The notes under the pieces were generated by a model. It saw only the letters and a list, made by a program, of their open reading frames with translations, ran no database searches and was not told where the DNA came from. A DNA stretch of 64,000 nucleotides from an uncultured virus (IMG/VR IMGVR_UViG_3300027808_002699) (Duplodnaviria; Heunggongvirae; Uroviricota; Caudoviricetes), in the IMG/VR virus record IMGVR_UViG_3300027808_002699. One strand, written 5' to 3'. The translations under genes were made by a program, and so were the position numbers. Below, one piece after another: positions 10,001 to 19,658 of this stretch (the first letter of the stretch is position 1; each line of letters opens with the position of its first letter).

Positions 10001-10948
10001 CCCATCTCGTACATCACCCCATGTTGGGCCTTGAGACATAGATAGTTCATAGCCAGTTTCTGCTTCTTTGAAAAGAATATAGAATCCAGAAACTGCAGTA
10101 TAAACACTTGTTGCTTGAGCAAATGTAATTGGGCTTACGCCGAATCCAGCATCAGAAGATGGGCAAGCGGTCATTACAAATGCTTTTTGACCGTTTGTTG
10201 TTCCTTCATTTACAAATGTACGAGCCCCTACATATACATAGCGCTCTTCATAAAGACTAAGAGTAGAGATGCGCTTTAGTACCCAAGGTGTAGACACTGA
10301 ACCAAGGTCATCCACCATATAAACGCCGTTATGGGCAGTGTTGCTTTGTTCTTTTACAAGGATAGTGTCATCAAGCCCGACATCGGAAACCCCATCAATT
10401 GCTGGTAATTCTCCATTTACTGATGCTGTTAAATATCCCATCATGTTTGATGTATTTGTTGAGTAAGTAGAAGCAAGGTTTACTGTAGTAGCAAGACGAG
10501 CCAGGAACTCGTATCCTCGTAGTTCGCGTGGCAACAACTGCTGTCCTGCTGTTTCAAGGGTTACCGTATTCATGTGAGATGAATAGTTCTCTGGAAGTAC
10601 GATTGCCCAGTCAAGTTGACCCGCAATACCGCGTCCTGCAATTACTGTCTCTTGTGCGTATCCAGCGCGCTGAACACTTACATCTTCAATAAGGAATGTA
10701 AACGACAATATTCCATCACGCAAAACTTGAATTGCGTGGGAGCCATCAAAAAGTACCCCATCGCCAAATTCTGCATCAAACTGGGATATAAAATTGTCAT
10801 TATAGTCAATGGTAATTTTTCCGCTTCCAACATCACTTAGTTGGTCGGAGAACTCAAGAGATGTCCACCTAGGAATATATGCACGGATTGCAAGGGTGGT
10901 CGCATAAACAATACGAACATCCCATCTAGATAGTGGAGAAGTTGCCAT
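7055..10948 (-). CDS. Minor tail protein / central fibre with C-terminal peptidase S74-type intramolecular chaperone
   Basis: Follows TMP and Dit; Tal-like N-terminus; FN3-like segments; two H.L..G..V beta modules; C-terminal YSDIKLKENF...GFIAQEV...SIQEL. Confidence 0.8.
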   Translation of the reverse strand: MATSPLSRWDVRIVYATTLAIRAYIPRWTSLEFSDQLSDVGSGKITIDYNDNFISQFDAEFGDGVLFDGSHAIQVLRDGILSFTFLIEDVSVQRAGYAQETVIAGRGIAGQLDWAIVLPENYSSHMNTVTLETAGQQLLPRELRGYEFLARLATTVNLASTYSTNTSNMMGYLTASVNGELPAIDGVSDVGLDDTILVKEQSNTAHNGVYMVDDLGSVSTPWVLKRISTLSLYEERYVYVGARTFVNEGTTNGQKAFVMTACPSSDAGFGVSPITFAQATSVYTAVSGFYILFKEAETGYELSMSQGPTWGDVRDGYGRGGAANKVTWALSIDSVLTASEGLTDSKSSTPKDGGNITIDFGKSLLELIQSVCDQTECHWHVSPTGVVSIARKPNNLYTIPFGTDRTSGTAAVMLSLPLANSSETKTSARDMRSVVFASNNYLIANSTDTGIISTHGRREGYYTNSGNDSDTLDNIASTGLTKAAGLTFGIDIDFVETSGRQAFKNFNVGDKILIEYKIGSYEARVVNGISVSIGSDMQTSVQLTLESVIPDALVKLQNQSIYGTSQGSRLRTFAAAGNERVAAPSIKNTPVASIVGLSNKVTVSWNISGSSGASGYEASVYRTSSLNRITALSRVSETATLTSADAHLMTAGDLVTVNMANPTYGSFNVTNAVVTAVLNGTFSYSNAGTNQSGTLTDASRFDSGIKIASYVRLNNATVLTTSRAHGLFVGQKIIIDNTGDATVDYFNAVVTAVPSTTTVTYSNPGPDKTSSPSAATVRLVTESYSVRASANQTSATVEGLGTSNRPYLTRVISLNSNGEPGGSTAPTAFFSAGGGANTTEQDANALQVVGGAIKSPNFATGLTGWIIRSAGSAEFSDVQVRGQFSSGTSPNWFRVDNAGNIWSGGATLLTGKFSVTNQGILKSTSGTIGGWTIGEYTLTGGPLTLNSGGSINIYTASGASNYNLSLFSGGLTSTSYNAPWNRYTQFDIGSTQVRSNAYFEGYSVSNANIQETVIIFNNAIQLSSRPISPASSLGGGIDISCREAYVGQSVGNISIMSKDSSASIVKSIYLTHGTITASDNISSPVVTASGYYLTGGGFFTSLGTFVGLGSRVASVRVGDDGYKGGEGYNLLSIVTDTGIWGGTYNHHSGFRIGASLGAGGWGDASLHFRDATNWDTYGQAYDAMTITYGGIINAGTYLYSDIKLKENFDDLGAVLPLLNSISIKRYNMKHIKGEPKRYGFIAQEVREYFPDIIKVGKDSKNEDLLSVDTNAILSICIKSIQELSEEINQLKKVKNGN

Positions 10949-12355
10949 TTAGAGATATGCCTTTTTGTAAGCAAATGATACGGTGAAATTTCCACTTGTG
11001 CTTTGCACCGTAATTGGATTAGTGACTCCAGCCAAAAACTCAAACCATTCTTGCCTGTACCCACCCCTAAATACTGATGAAATTGCGTTGTTTGAGTTCA
11101 ATGTAACTGTGTAGTTGCTTGTATCTATTACAACACTTTGACCAGAAGGTATTGTTCCAGTGTAGCCAATTTGACTTGGATAGTTACTTAGAACTCCATT
11201 TGTAATGATTGGATTTACTACTGCTCCACCATTTGCAGTGATTGTAATAACCATAGATGTTACTGGTGCATTACCAAATGATACGGACGGAACAGAATAT
11301 GTTAATGGCACTGAAGAGCCAGTTAATGAAAAAGTTGCAGTATCTGGTTCTTGCCATAGTGGATTTGGGTATGTAATTTCTACCGAAAATGTTGCACAGT
11401 TAAATTGCTTTGCATCTTCATATGAGTATGAGCCAGAAACTTCAGCATATGCATTTAAGTATTTATCTTCAGTAAAAGTAAAACTACGAACTGCACGAAC
11501 ATTATAACTAGCATCTTTAAAATATCTAAATTGAGTTCCAACTGTGGCGCTGATATTCAAAGTTTGTGCCCATATTTCATTCGCGTCATATTCTGAAGAA
11601 CTAGCATATGGAGCAAGACTATTAAAATCGCCAAGATTTAGAGGATATATTAAGTTTGTTCTAATTGCGTTTATTTCGTTTTTTGATGGAAGAAACCAAT
11701 CGCTTACTCCGCCATAAGTTAATACATCACAATATTTTGCTGCAGATAATGCTGGGTCATTATTTCCCTGATTTACAATGTCAAGAGTATTTTGATATCC
11801 AGTTCCTAAAATGAGTCCATCAGCACCAGTAATTAGTGCGTTTTGATATGCGGGCTGTGCCCAAATCCTAGAAACTTCCGTGCTGAATGGAGCAACTTCA
11901 AAATATTTGCCTGTTGTATTTCCAACCGTAGTTGGAGTAATGAAAATATATCCTCCACCAGGGCCAATATCTCCAATTTGTGGAGTAAAAATTTGATAGT
12001 GCTTCTCAATCAGAAGTGAACCATTTTCTAGACCTACTGGGGTAAGACTATTAAAAATGCGATTAACATAGTCCATATTTTCATTGAACTGTGCGCGCTT
12101 ATCATTTTCCGCATCTGGGATTACTCCAGTTACTGGGTCAGCATCACATACCCAAATATTCCATGTATCAGTACGCGGTCCAAAACGCTTCTCTCGGAAC
12201 ATACTGCCATGCATGATTGGACTAGTTACATTCTCGCCTTTGCGCTCTGGGAGACCTGTAGTAACAGACTCTACTGACCAGCCATAGGTAGCCATAGATT
12301 CACCATTTACGGTAAACCATTCCGAGAATAGCGGGTGTACATTTGTAACAGGCAT
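10949..12355 (-). CDS. Distal tail protein (Dit) with inserted DUF1566/Lcl-like C-type-lectin-fold domain
   Basis: Directly after the TMP; Dit-like N- and C-termini; insert from GPGGG.IF to DWFLPSK.E...SSSE....W...VRAVRSF. Confidence 0.7.
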   Translation of the reverse strand: MPVTNVHPLFSEWFTVNGESMATYGWSVESVTTGLPERKGENVTSPIMHGSMFREKRFGPRTDTWNIWVCDADPVTGVIPDAENDKRAQFNENMDYVNRIFNSLTPVGLENGSLLIEKHYQIFTPQIGDIGPGGGYIFITPTTVGNTTGKYFEVAPFSTEVSRIWAQPAYQNALITGADGLILGTGYQNTLDIVNQGNNDPALSAAKYCDVLTYGGVSDWFLPSKNEINAIRTNLIYPLNLGDFNSLAPYASSSEYDANEIWAQTLNISATVGTQFRYFKDASYNVRAVRSFTFTEDKYLNAYAEVSGSYSYEDAKQFNCATFSVEITYPNPLWQEPDTATFSLTGSSVPLTYSVPSVSFGNAPVTSMVITITANGGAVVNPIITNGVLSNYPSQIGYTGTIPSGQSVVIDTSNYTVTLNSNNAISSVFRGGYRQEWFEFLAGVTNPITVQSTSGNFTVSFAYKKAYL

Positions 12356-15300
12356 TATGCGAACAATCCTAGTGAAGACATATTTTGCATACGACGGGCA
12401 ATTGAGTCGGATGCTCTTTCTGGAACTGGGTTATTAACAGTGATGTTAATTGGTTTAGAACTTGAGCCACCATAACCATTACCAGCGTCATGTGCAGCAC
12501 TACGAGCATAGCGCTCAAGAACACTGTAAGGGGTGATTTTCGATGCCGAACGAGAAGTAATTAGTTCTGGACCTGACTCACCGACAAGCGTAAGTTGTCC
12601 AGGAGTTAGTGAGCCGCCCTTTGCTTTGGAGGCAATATTATTGTCCACCATATACTTTTTCCAACGAGCCTCACGATTGGCTTCCGATACAGCACCTACT
12701 CCAGCCTTAATATATTCGCTAACATTCTTCCATAATGGTTTTGGTTTAAATTGAGCATTGACAATTGCAAGAAATGCTCTTCGCCCATCATTGAAATCCA
12801 TTTGCGCGGGGGCCGCTTCAGGAGCAGTTACAGGCGCTGTTGGAGCGTTTGTAACGCTTCCAGCCTTTGTCTCTTCGTTTGCTCCAGTAATAAGTGCCTG
12901 TAATCCTGGAGTTACTCCTGCTGGGACGACTGCGGCTAGGCCTCTAAAATAATCCACTGTTGCAGTGGCAAGACCTGGAATTGCTATTTTTGCAAGACCA
13001 GAAAGTGTATCCGCGAGGTCTCCGCCAGCAGTTTGAACTGCCACATAAGCAGCGGTGAGTGCGTCTTGTGCGGTTACAACATTAAGTGCGGTTGCGGCCT
13101 GTCTGTCAGCAGATGATGCTTTTGCAGCATCCGCATCAATTACATCAGTTGTAGCCGTAGCAAGTTCAGAAGATGCTTCTGAAGCCTTTGCCTGAGTTTC
13201 AGATAGGCTAGTTTGAGCATCTTGATATTCGGCAAACGATATTTTGCCTAGACGATAATCTCGTGCTGCTTGTTCTGCTTGTTGTCTAGCGGTCGCAATC
13301 TGTGACTTTTCATACTTGGTTACATCAATGCCTTGATTGCCGCCAAATTTGTTTTCCGCTACGGTCTTTGCCCTGTTTGCAGCATTTACTGAAGCCTGAA
13401 GCATCTCAGTAGTATTCATTACCAAGAACTTTTCAAGGTCTACTTTTGCCTGGTCAAGGTTAATCTTTGCATTTACATACGCAGTAATTGTGCTTAGTTT
13501 AGTTGAAACCTCTGACATTATGGACTTCAGAAGGTCCGTAATGGGGGTCTTAATAAGCGACTTGGCAGCATTTACGCCTTCTGCAAACTTTGTTAAGAAT
13601 TTTCCACCAAGTTGACTTGCGCTCTTGCCAGCAAGTGTTGTACTCATAAGGTCATATACGCCCTTAGAAACCTTCTTTCCTTGAAGTCTTACTGTCTTTG
13701 CTAGTTTTTCAGTATCTTCTGACTTTGATGATGTGCCACTGCCAGTTGCATTGTTGGCAATATCATCCCAGTTTGTTCCTGCTGCCAAGGCTGCTGCTTT
13801 TGCTGCTGCTATTGCTCGTGCCTTTGCTGCTGTCTTTGCTGCGATAGCAGCAAGAGGTGCTCGTTTTTCAATAGTAGAACTTGGAGCACCACTAGCCGTT
13901 ACACTTGCATTTTGTTCTCCGCTATCCATTGCGGCCCAAATGTCTTTTACCAAGGCGGTTGCAGCACCTGTTGCAATTGAAGTACCGTCTTTAATTCCTT
14001 TTGCGATTCCTTGTGGGATTGGCATGCCGATTTCATCACGCATAACTTGCGATGGAGATTTAATCTTTAGTCTTTCCTTATATGCATCAATAATTGCCTG
14101 AGCACTATCTTTGGCTGTTTCTTGAAGCACTTCTTTTCCAGCATCAAGTGAATTTCCAAGACCATCTACAACCGATGTGGCAACATCTGCACCACCAGCA
14201 GCAGCCGTGGTACCAATAGTATCTTGAGATAATGTTCTATCATACCATTCTTGATTAAATCCAACTCTTTCTCCAGTGGCATCAATATTTTTACCTAATG
14301 CTTCAGTAAAGAATCTATCTACTTCTGCAAGAGTAACTCCACCTTTAGAAACAATTGCTGCTTTTGCTGCATCTAATGATTCTCCAAATGCTACTGATGC
14401 AAGTGCTGCTCTTTCATCTGCTGTTGCTGTTACAGGAGCATTTTCATATGCTGCATTACCAACATCAATTACCGCTTTTGCTGTATCAGCAAGGGCTTTT
14501 TTAGATTCTAGGGCTGCTTTTGTCCCAGTATCCCATACTCCTCCAGATGCTTTAAGTTTTGTTATGGTCCCACTAATTGCATCTGAATAACCAATTTCAG
14601 CATCAATACTGTTCATTTGTGAACTATATAGAGCATCCTGCCCACGCTTTACTTCTTTAAGTGCCTCTTGATATGCAGACATAACTGCTGCTATGCCATT
14701 AATTGCTGGATTAAGTCCTCCATTGAATGCCTGTGTAAGAGAAACTGACGCATCTGATACTTCATTTAAACTTAATGCTACGCTATCTGCTGCGGTTCCA
14801 TATTTTTCAAATGTATTTAGAAGTTGAGATGTGCTTACTTCATTTGCTTTTGCACCATTTGTATTTTCTGCTGTTGCAACAATTAGGTCATCAAGTGCAG
14901 TACTGTATTTGCCAGTGTTGTTGGCCATAAGTTCAAGTACTGTTGCCCCTTTTGTGTTCCCTCCAGTTGCCTTAAATCCTGCTCTTGCCATTGCAACAGT
15001 TGCTGCTTCTGCATGAACCATTGAACCAGTAGATGCAAGGGTTTGCTCATACACAGTCTTCATTGACATTGCAAATTGAGTAACTGAACCAGTAGTTGAG
15101 TTAAGAGAATCTTTTACAGGATTAACAAAATCAGGAAATTTTTCAAATGCAGTTTCCATTGCTCTGCCAAAATTGCTTGCCTGCTGATTTGCTGGAGTAA
15201 ACAAATACTTTGCGTAATCTCCAAAACTTTTTACATTTTCTGGAAGGAATTTTTTAAGATGTTCTGTACTTAAAACTTTTGCAAATTTTGCTTCTATTAG

Positions 15301-17562
15301 TTTAGTTCCGCCTTTTTCTGCTTCAGCAAGTCCTGATGCCAACATTCCTGCATCGACACCATAGAGTTGAGCGAAATAATCAATTGCTGGTTTTCTTGTA
15401 GCAGCATTGGCACCGAATTCTGATGCCATAGCAAGAGCACCAGACATTGCATCGTCTTTGCTCATTACAGCGTTTCTAATGTTATCTATTTCTTTTTCAA
15501 TAGACTTGGCTTCTTTTTTTACTTTTCCTTCTTCGTCACGAGGAAGGAGGAAATCTCTAAATTTATCTGTATCTGTTTTTGCGTTTAGTTTGTCGCTGAG
15601 ACCACTGCCAGAATAGTTATATTCAATTCCTACACCAATAACAATTGGAGCAACAACAAAGTTGCTTAATTCATCTTTAAGACCCCTAATTTGTGTAGTT
15701 GCTGAAACTACAGGCTCATTAAGTTTTTTAAACATTGAAATGGCTTTACTGATTGCAAATGTGATAACCATCATGCCAATCATCATTCCGCCCATCATTG
15801 CAATTGCTGGTCCAAGTGTTGCTTTAAATGTCTGAAGTCCAATTTTTGCTGCTGCTATGCTTAATCTAAACCAATTCATTCCTTGTGCTGCCGACATGCT
15901 GGCACCTTTGGTTACAAGCAATCCAATAATATTTTGTTTAAGGGTGTTACCCATTGTAATCAATGGGGGATTTGTGACTGCGGCGGCGGCACCTGTCGTA
16001 CCAATTCCCACCGCCGCGTACTGTGCCGCCAGTCCAGCAGCAGTCATTGTTCCTCCTGCTCCAGCAAATGTTGAAGCAGTTCCTCCTACTGCTGCTCCAG
16101 CACTAGAGGCAGATGCTCCAACCATTCCCATTGTTTGTGAATACTGCTTACCAGTCATGATATTTGTAATCATTCCTGTTGTCTGGTCACGGAATCCATT
16201 TGCCATTGCTTGCAAAGCAACAGTGGTAAAAGCCTTTAATCTAATAAAAGTTGCAAGACTTTTAATAAAGATTGTCATGCCGATTGCTGCTCCAGCAAAT
16301 CCTGCAGCAGTTCTTACAAGCCAATCATTCTGAGAAAAAAAAGTTAAAGCGCCAGCGGCAGATTTTCCTAGGTCAGCAAGCAATTTAATAAGAGGAGAAA
16401 TTGCATCTCCAACCTGGATAAGTGCAACTTTTCCTTGAGCGGAAGCAGCATTCATTTTGTATCCAAGAGTTTCTTGAGCAACCTTAAATGCTTTATCAGC
16501 ATCTCCTGCTGATGCTCCAATTTCTCTAAATATAATTGCGTTCTTAATCATGCTTGGTCCAAGCAATGCATTGATAGCAGTTAACGGACGAACATTTCCA
16601 AATACTTTTGCCATTGCAACAGCATTGTCGCCAAGAGCGCCTTTGAGTTGCTGAAATCCAGCAAACAGACCTTTACTCTGAATTGTCTCTCTCAATATTT
16701 CTGTTGATAGACCGTATTTTGAAAGTTCTTCTCTGGCTTCGGCGGTAGGCTTGAGAAGGCTTGAAAGAATCTGACGCAACTGGATTGCAGCAGTTCCCGC
16801 TGGCGCACCCTGACGAGTAAGTGCGGCTACTGAAGCAGCGGCATCTTGGAACTTAACTCCGAATGCTGCGGCTACTGGAAGCACCTTACCCATCGCTGGA
16901 GCGAATGCTGAGGCTTCTGCCTTACCTTCTCGTACGGCAGCAACCAAAATATCGGTTGCAATTCCAGCACTATACATTCCAGGGGTATAAGCGTTCATGA
17001 CGCTGGTTGTAAGGTCTGCTACTGCCTGTACTGAGCCAAGACCAGCAGCGGCTGCTTTAGCGGAAGCATCAAGGGTATCCAGCGCTTCTGTTGTATCTGT
17101 AATACCAGCAGAAGTAATGAAGTAAAGAGCATCTGCAAGTTCTCCAGGAGCCTTACCTACATTGCCAGCCATCTTGAGAACGGCATCACCCATTGTCTTG
17201 ATGTCTTTTGTACCTACGCCTACAAGTCCCTTAATGAGACTCATTGAGGTTTCAAAGTCTTTAGACGCAGTGATTGCGGCCTTGCCAATTTTCATTAAAG
17301 GCATGGCGACCTGATAGTTCATCAAACTACCAGTCATACGCATTGCGTCACCAGCACCACGCCATGTTGGGATTGTGCTCATCATCGAACGGTTCATACC
17401 GCCGACTTGACCAGTCAATCCACTTACAGCAGAACTTGCTCCACCAGCGCCTTTGATGACATTGCTGAACATCCCTTGTGCAGCATTAGCACCGTTAACT
17501 TGAACAAAAATTTGTTGATTTAACGGGGGTAAGTTAATACCTCCACCACCTGCTGAACTCAT
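12355..17562 (-). CDS. Tail tape measure protein (TP901 family core)
   Basis: 1735 aa, Ala/Gly-rich helical protein; FE..MS....V..., LADALYFI.SAG, L.IKSPS.VM, C-terminal AKGG......LVGE.GPEL. Confidence 0.95.
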   Translation of the reverse strand: MSSAGGGGINLPPLNQQIFVQVNGANAAQGMFSNVIKGAGGASSAVSGLTGQVGGMNRSMMSTIPTWRGAGDAMRMTGSLMNYQVAMPLMKIGKAAITASKDFETSMSLIKGLVGVGTKDIKTMGDAVLKMAGNVGKAPGELADALYFITSAGITDTTEALDTLDASAKAAAAGLGSVQAVADLTTSVMNAYTPGMYSAGIATDILVAAVREGKAEASAFAPAMGKVLPVAAAFGVKFQDAAASVAALTRQGAPAGTAAIQLRQILSSLLKPTAEAREELSKYGLSTEILRETIQSKGLFAGFQQLKGALGDNAVAMAKVFGNVRPLTAINALLGPSMIKNAIIFREIGASAGDADKAFKVAQETLGYKMNAASAQGKVALIQVGDAISPLIKLLADLGKSAAGALTFFSQNDWLVRTAAGFAGAAIGMTIFIKSLATFIRLKAFTTVALQAMANGFRDQTTGMITNIMTGKQYSQTMGMVGASASSAGAAVGGTASTFAGAGGTMTAAGLAAQYAAVGIGTTGAAAAVTNPPLITMGNTLKQNIIGLLVTKGASMSAAQGMNWFRLSIAAAKIGLQTFKATLGPAIAMMGGMMIGMMVITFAISKAISMFKKLNEPVVSATTQIRGLKDELSNFVVAPIVIGVGIEYNYSGSGLSDKLNAKTDTDKFRDFLLPRDEEGKVKKEAKSIEKEIDNIRNAVMSKDDAMSGALAMASEFGANAATRKPAIDYFAQLYGVDAGMLASGLAEAEKGGTKLIEAKFAKVLSTEHLKKFLPENVKSFGDYAKYLFTPANQQASNFGRAMETAFEKFPDFVNPVKDSLNSTTGSVTQFAMSMKTVYEQTLASTGSMVHAEAATVAMARAGFKATGGNTKGATVLELMANNTGKYSTALDDLIVATAENTNGAKANEVSTSQLLNTFEKYGTAADSVALSLNEVSDASVSLTQAFNGGLNPAINGIAAVMSAYQEALKEVKRGQDALYSSQMNSIDAEIGYSDAISGTITKLKASGGVWDTGTKAALESKKALADTAKAVIDVGNAAYENAPVTATADERAALASVAFGESLDAAKAAIVSKGGVTLAEVDRFFTEALGKNIDATGERVGFNQEWYDRTLSQDTIGTTAAAGGADVATSVVDGLGNSLDAGKEVLQETAKDSAQAIIDAYKERLKIKSPSQVMRDEIGMPIPQGIAKGIKDGTSIATGAATALVKDIWAAMDSGEQNASVTASGAPSSTIEKRAPLAAIAAKTAAKARAIAAAKAAALAAGTNWDDIANNATGSGTSSKSEDTEKLAKTVRLQGKKVSKGVYDLMSTTLAGKSASQLGGKFLTKFAEGVNAAKSLIKTPITDLLKSIMSEVSTKLSTITAYVNAKINLDQAKVDLEKFLVMNTTEMLQASVNAANRAKTVAENKFGGNQGIDVTKYEKSQIATARQQAEQAARDYRLGKISFAEYQDAQTSLSETQAKASEASSELATATTDVIDADAAKASSADRQAATALNVVTAQDALTAAYVAVQTAGGDLADTLSGLAKIAIPGLATATVDYFRGLAAVVPAGVTPGLQALITGANEETKAGSVTNAPTAPVTAPEAAPAQMDFNDGRRAFLAIVNAQFKPKPLWKNVSEYIKAGVGAVSEANREARWKKYMVDNNIASKAKGGSLTPGQLTLVGESGPELITSRSASKITPYSVLERYARSAAHDAGNGYGGSSSKPINITVNNPVPERASDSIARRMQNMSSLGLFA

Positions 17563-17625
17563 ATCACAAGTATTTCATTAGTTGCAGGCAAAAGCAAATG
17601 AATCCATCATAAATAGAATCATAAA

Positions 17626-17801
17626 CTATTGCTTTACATCCATGCCCATTGCCTTAGCGAATTGCATGATGTCTGAGCCTTGTGCTTTTTGTTGCATCAT
17701 CCCAGAACTTTCAAAGACAATCGCTGCCTGTGCTGGGCTTGATTCCCAAAATTCAGTTAGGCTTCGTCCAGTTTTGGCCCAAGTGATGAGCCACTCTTTC
17801 C
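17626..17801 (-). CDS. Frameshift extension (gpT-like) of the tail assembly chaperone, -1 frame
   Basis: The -1 frame reads WKEWLITWAKTGRSLTEFWESSPAQAAIVFESSGMMQQKAQGSDIMQFAKAMGMDVKQ*, fills the gap before the TMP, and has an EFW..SP motif. Confidence 0.7.
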
Positions 17802-18272
17802 ACGGGAGGGTTTTGGTTCCTTCGGAAGTTGCTTTTCTAGTTCGGCGTTTATCGCCTGACGCTGTTCTTCTGCGAGTTTTTCCGCCTGGCGTAGGAGACG
17901 ACTCGCTGTGGTAGGGTCCACGCCGTTACAAATTGACCATGCCATAGCAATTGCATTTTGGTAGTCAGTTAGCGCCCCTTCCAACATTGATTCACCGATT
18001 TTTTCTTTGTCTTGTGCAAGACACATTGACAAAGTTTCGCGAACCGTGCTGGTTCCGCGTGTTTCCTGCATTTGCTGCCATTTTTCAAGGTCACCGAAAC
18101 GGTCCTCGATATCGGCAATGGTGTTGTGATTGAAGCGAACATAAGCGGTGTGCTTTTCGTATTCGCCTTCTTCATCAAATTTGCGCTTCCATGCTCCACC
18201 TTCACTGCGCTCAACGACCGCAAGAAGGATTGGAACACCTTTGTTCTTTAATACAATTGGGGTATAGTCCAT
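17757..18272 (-). CDS. Tail assembly chaperone (gpG-like)
   Basis: Lies between major tail and TMP genes; likely start MDYTP with TATAGT 6 nt upstream. Confidence 0.75.
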   Translation of the reverse strand: MDYTPIVLKNKGVPILLAVVERSEGGAWKRKFDEEGEYEKHTAYVRFNHNTIADIEDRFGDLEKWQQMQETRGTSTVRETLSMCLAQDKEKIGESMLEGALTDYQNAIAMAWSICNGVDPTTASRLLRQAEKLAEEQRQAINAELEKQLPKEPKPSRGKSGSSLGPKLDEA

Positions 18273-18300
18273 GCACACACTATACACATAGGGTGGGTAT

Positions 18301-18334
18301 AAAGCAAATGACGGCCCTTTCGAGCCGCCATTTG
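18301..18334 (-). terminator. Intrinsic terminator-like hairpin after the major tail gene
   Basis: RNA CAAAUGGCGGCUC-GAAA-GGGCCGUCAUUUG (13 bp with 2 G-U pairs, GNRA loop) followed by CUUU. Confidence 0.7.
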
Positions 18335-18354
18335 TAATTTTGGACTAATTTGAA

Positions 18355-18915
18355 TTAGGCTGTAAGGCCAGTTGCTGCTTCGCGGAATTCAACAGTACCG
18401 AAGTTCGTGGTGTACGAGGACAGAATTGCTTCTGCGTCGAACTTTGGCTGACCGAAGTTGTCGGTCGAGCCACCCATGATTGAACCACCAGTTACTTGGC
18501 ACTTATCAAGAACCATTGCAATTTCAGCAAGGTCTGATTCGATGTCATTAATCAAGAACTCAACCTTGAAGTAAGGAAGGCTACGACTGTTGAATGAGTA
18601 AGAGGAGATTTCACCATCTGGTGCTACTCCATCGCTTGTAATCCCGCCACCATAAATAACGCTCATAACCAAAAGGCTAAGTTCGCTGTATGTAGCAGAG
18701 AAGTTAAGACGGTCAATCTTACCCTTCTTGGCAAGAACCTTACCGCCGTCACCTTTAAGTTCTGCAGTTACAAAGTTTGCTTCTACTGTTACTTCTTGAA
18801 TACCAGGAACATCAACGGCATCGCCGTATGTTACTCCTGCATCGGTATCGGTAAGCAAAGGATAAACCTTGCAATCCGCAACATCGAATGTGATTGTTGA
18901 CCTGTCTGATGCCAT
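18355..18915 (-). CDS. Major tail (tube) protein
   Basis: 186 aa, acidic; TYG.AV.VPG....V......EL.GD motif of siphovirus tail tube proteins; upstream of chaperone and TMP; TATAAT and AGGAG upstream. Confidence 0.85.
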   Translation of the reverse strand: MASDRSTITFDVADCKVYPLLTDTDAGVTYGDAVDVPGIQEVTVEANFVTAELKGDGGKVLAKKGKIDRLNFSATYSELSLLVMSVIYGGGITSDGVAPDGEISSYSFNSRSLPYFKVEFLINDIESDLAEIAMVLDKCQVTGGSIMGGSTDNFGQPKFDAEAILSSYTTNFGTVEFREAATGLTA

Positions 18916-18990
18916 TTTTTTTAACTCCTAAGTCCTGAGATTATACTCATTTTATACCTCTACTTATGTAGAAGTGTGGAAGGGTAATGA

Positions 18991-19401
18991 TTAAATAAGT
19001 GAAAGAATTTCGTTACCGACAATACCAGTTGGCTCAGAGCCGACTGATGCCTGAAACTTCTTTACAGCCTCATGTGTGTAAGCACAGAAGATTCCAGTAG
19101 ATGGGCAAGCAATGCCTGCTGCTACCAAATATTCCTGAACACTCTTAATATCACGACCTGCGTCGCCTCGCTTGTAAGTCTTAGTTGACGCAGCAGCAAC
19201 CTTAGGTGCCTTGGCCTTCTTGACTACTTTTGCTTCTTCGACGACTTCTACAGCCTCAACCTCTACGGCAGGTGCTTCTTCTACGGCAGGTGCTTCTTCT
19301 ACGGCAGGTGCTTCTTCAGCAACTACTTCCGCTTCGACAATTGCTTCAACCTCAACAGATACTTCTGCTGGTGTTTCTGGGGTGTCATTAAAATCTGTCA
19401 T
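18991..19401 (-). CDS. Peptidoglycan-binding domain protein with acidic low-complexity N-terminus
   Basis: KRGD.G.DIK.VQ..L...G......G.F...T..AVKKFQ...G...TGIVG matches PG_binding_1. Confidence 0.8.
   Translation of the reverse strand: MTDFNDTPETPAEVSVEVEAIVEAEVVAEEAPAVEEAPAVEEAPAVEVEAVEVVEEAKVVKKAKAPKVAAASTKTYKRGDAGRDIKSVQEYLVAAGIACPSTGIFCAYTHEAVKKFQASVGSEPTGIVGNEILSLI
19262..19315. repeat. Perfect 18-bp tandem repeat x3 encoding (EEAPAV)3
   Basis: tctacggcaggtgcttct occurs three times in a row. Confidence 0.95.
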
Positions 19402-19412
19402 GTCTATTACTT

Positions 19413-19607
19413 TCAGGCTGCTGGTTTATCACCAAAGAAAGAGGCAACCGCTGGGTCACCAATCTTCTTTGATACTACTGCAAACGCAGTGGCCAGCATA
19501 GGGATGGCCATTGCCATGAGCGCAGGGTCAACATTGTACTTGCTCATGAAATAGATTGCAATGCCCATGACACCGCCCTTTACGCCTTGGTCGCTTACTT
19601 GTCCCAT
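19413..19607 (-). CDS. Small membrane protein, putative holin
   Basis: 64 aa with two hydrophobic segments; GGAGG SD; next to the PG-binding gene. Confidence 0.45.
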   Translation of the reverse strand: MGQVSDQGVKGGVMGIAIYFMSKYNVDPALMAMAIPMLATAFAVVSKKIGDPAVASFFGDKPAA

Positions 19608-19658
19608 AAATACCTCCAGAAAGATTTAAAAGTATTTTCGCATCTATTATCGTATAGA

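Noticed and set aside
10949..12355. Complete diversity-generating retroelement
   Set aside because: A target-like domain is present, but I see no reverse transcriptase, accessory gene or template repeat in the window.
19262..19315. CRISPR-like array
   Set aside because: Three contiguous 18-bp units with no spacers, in frame within a coding sequence.
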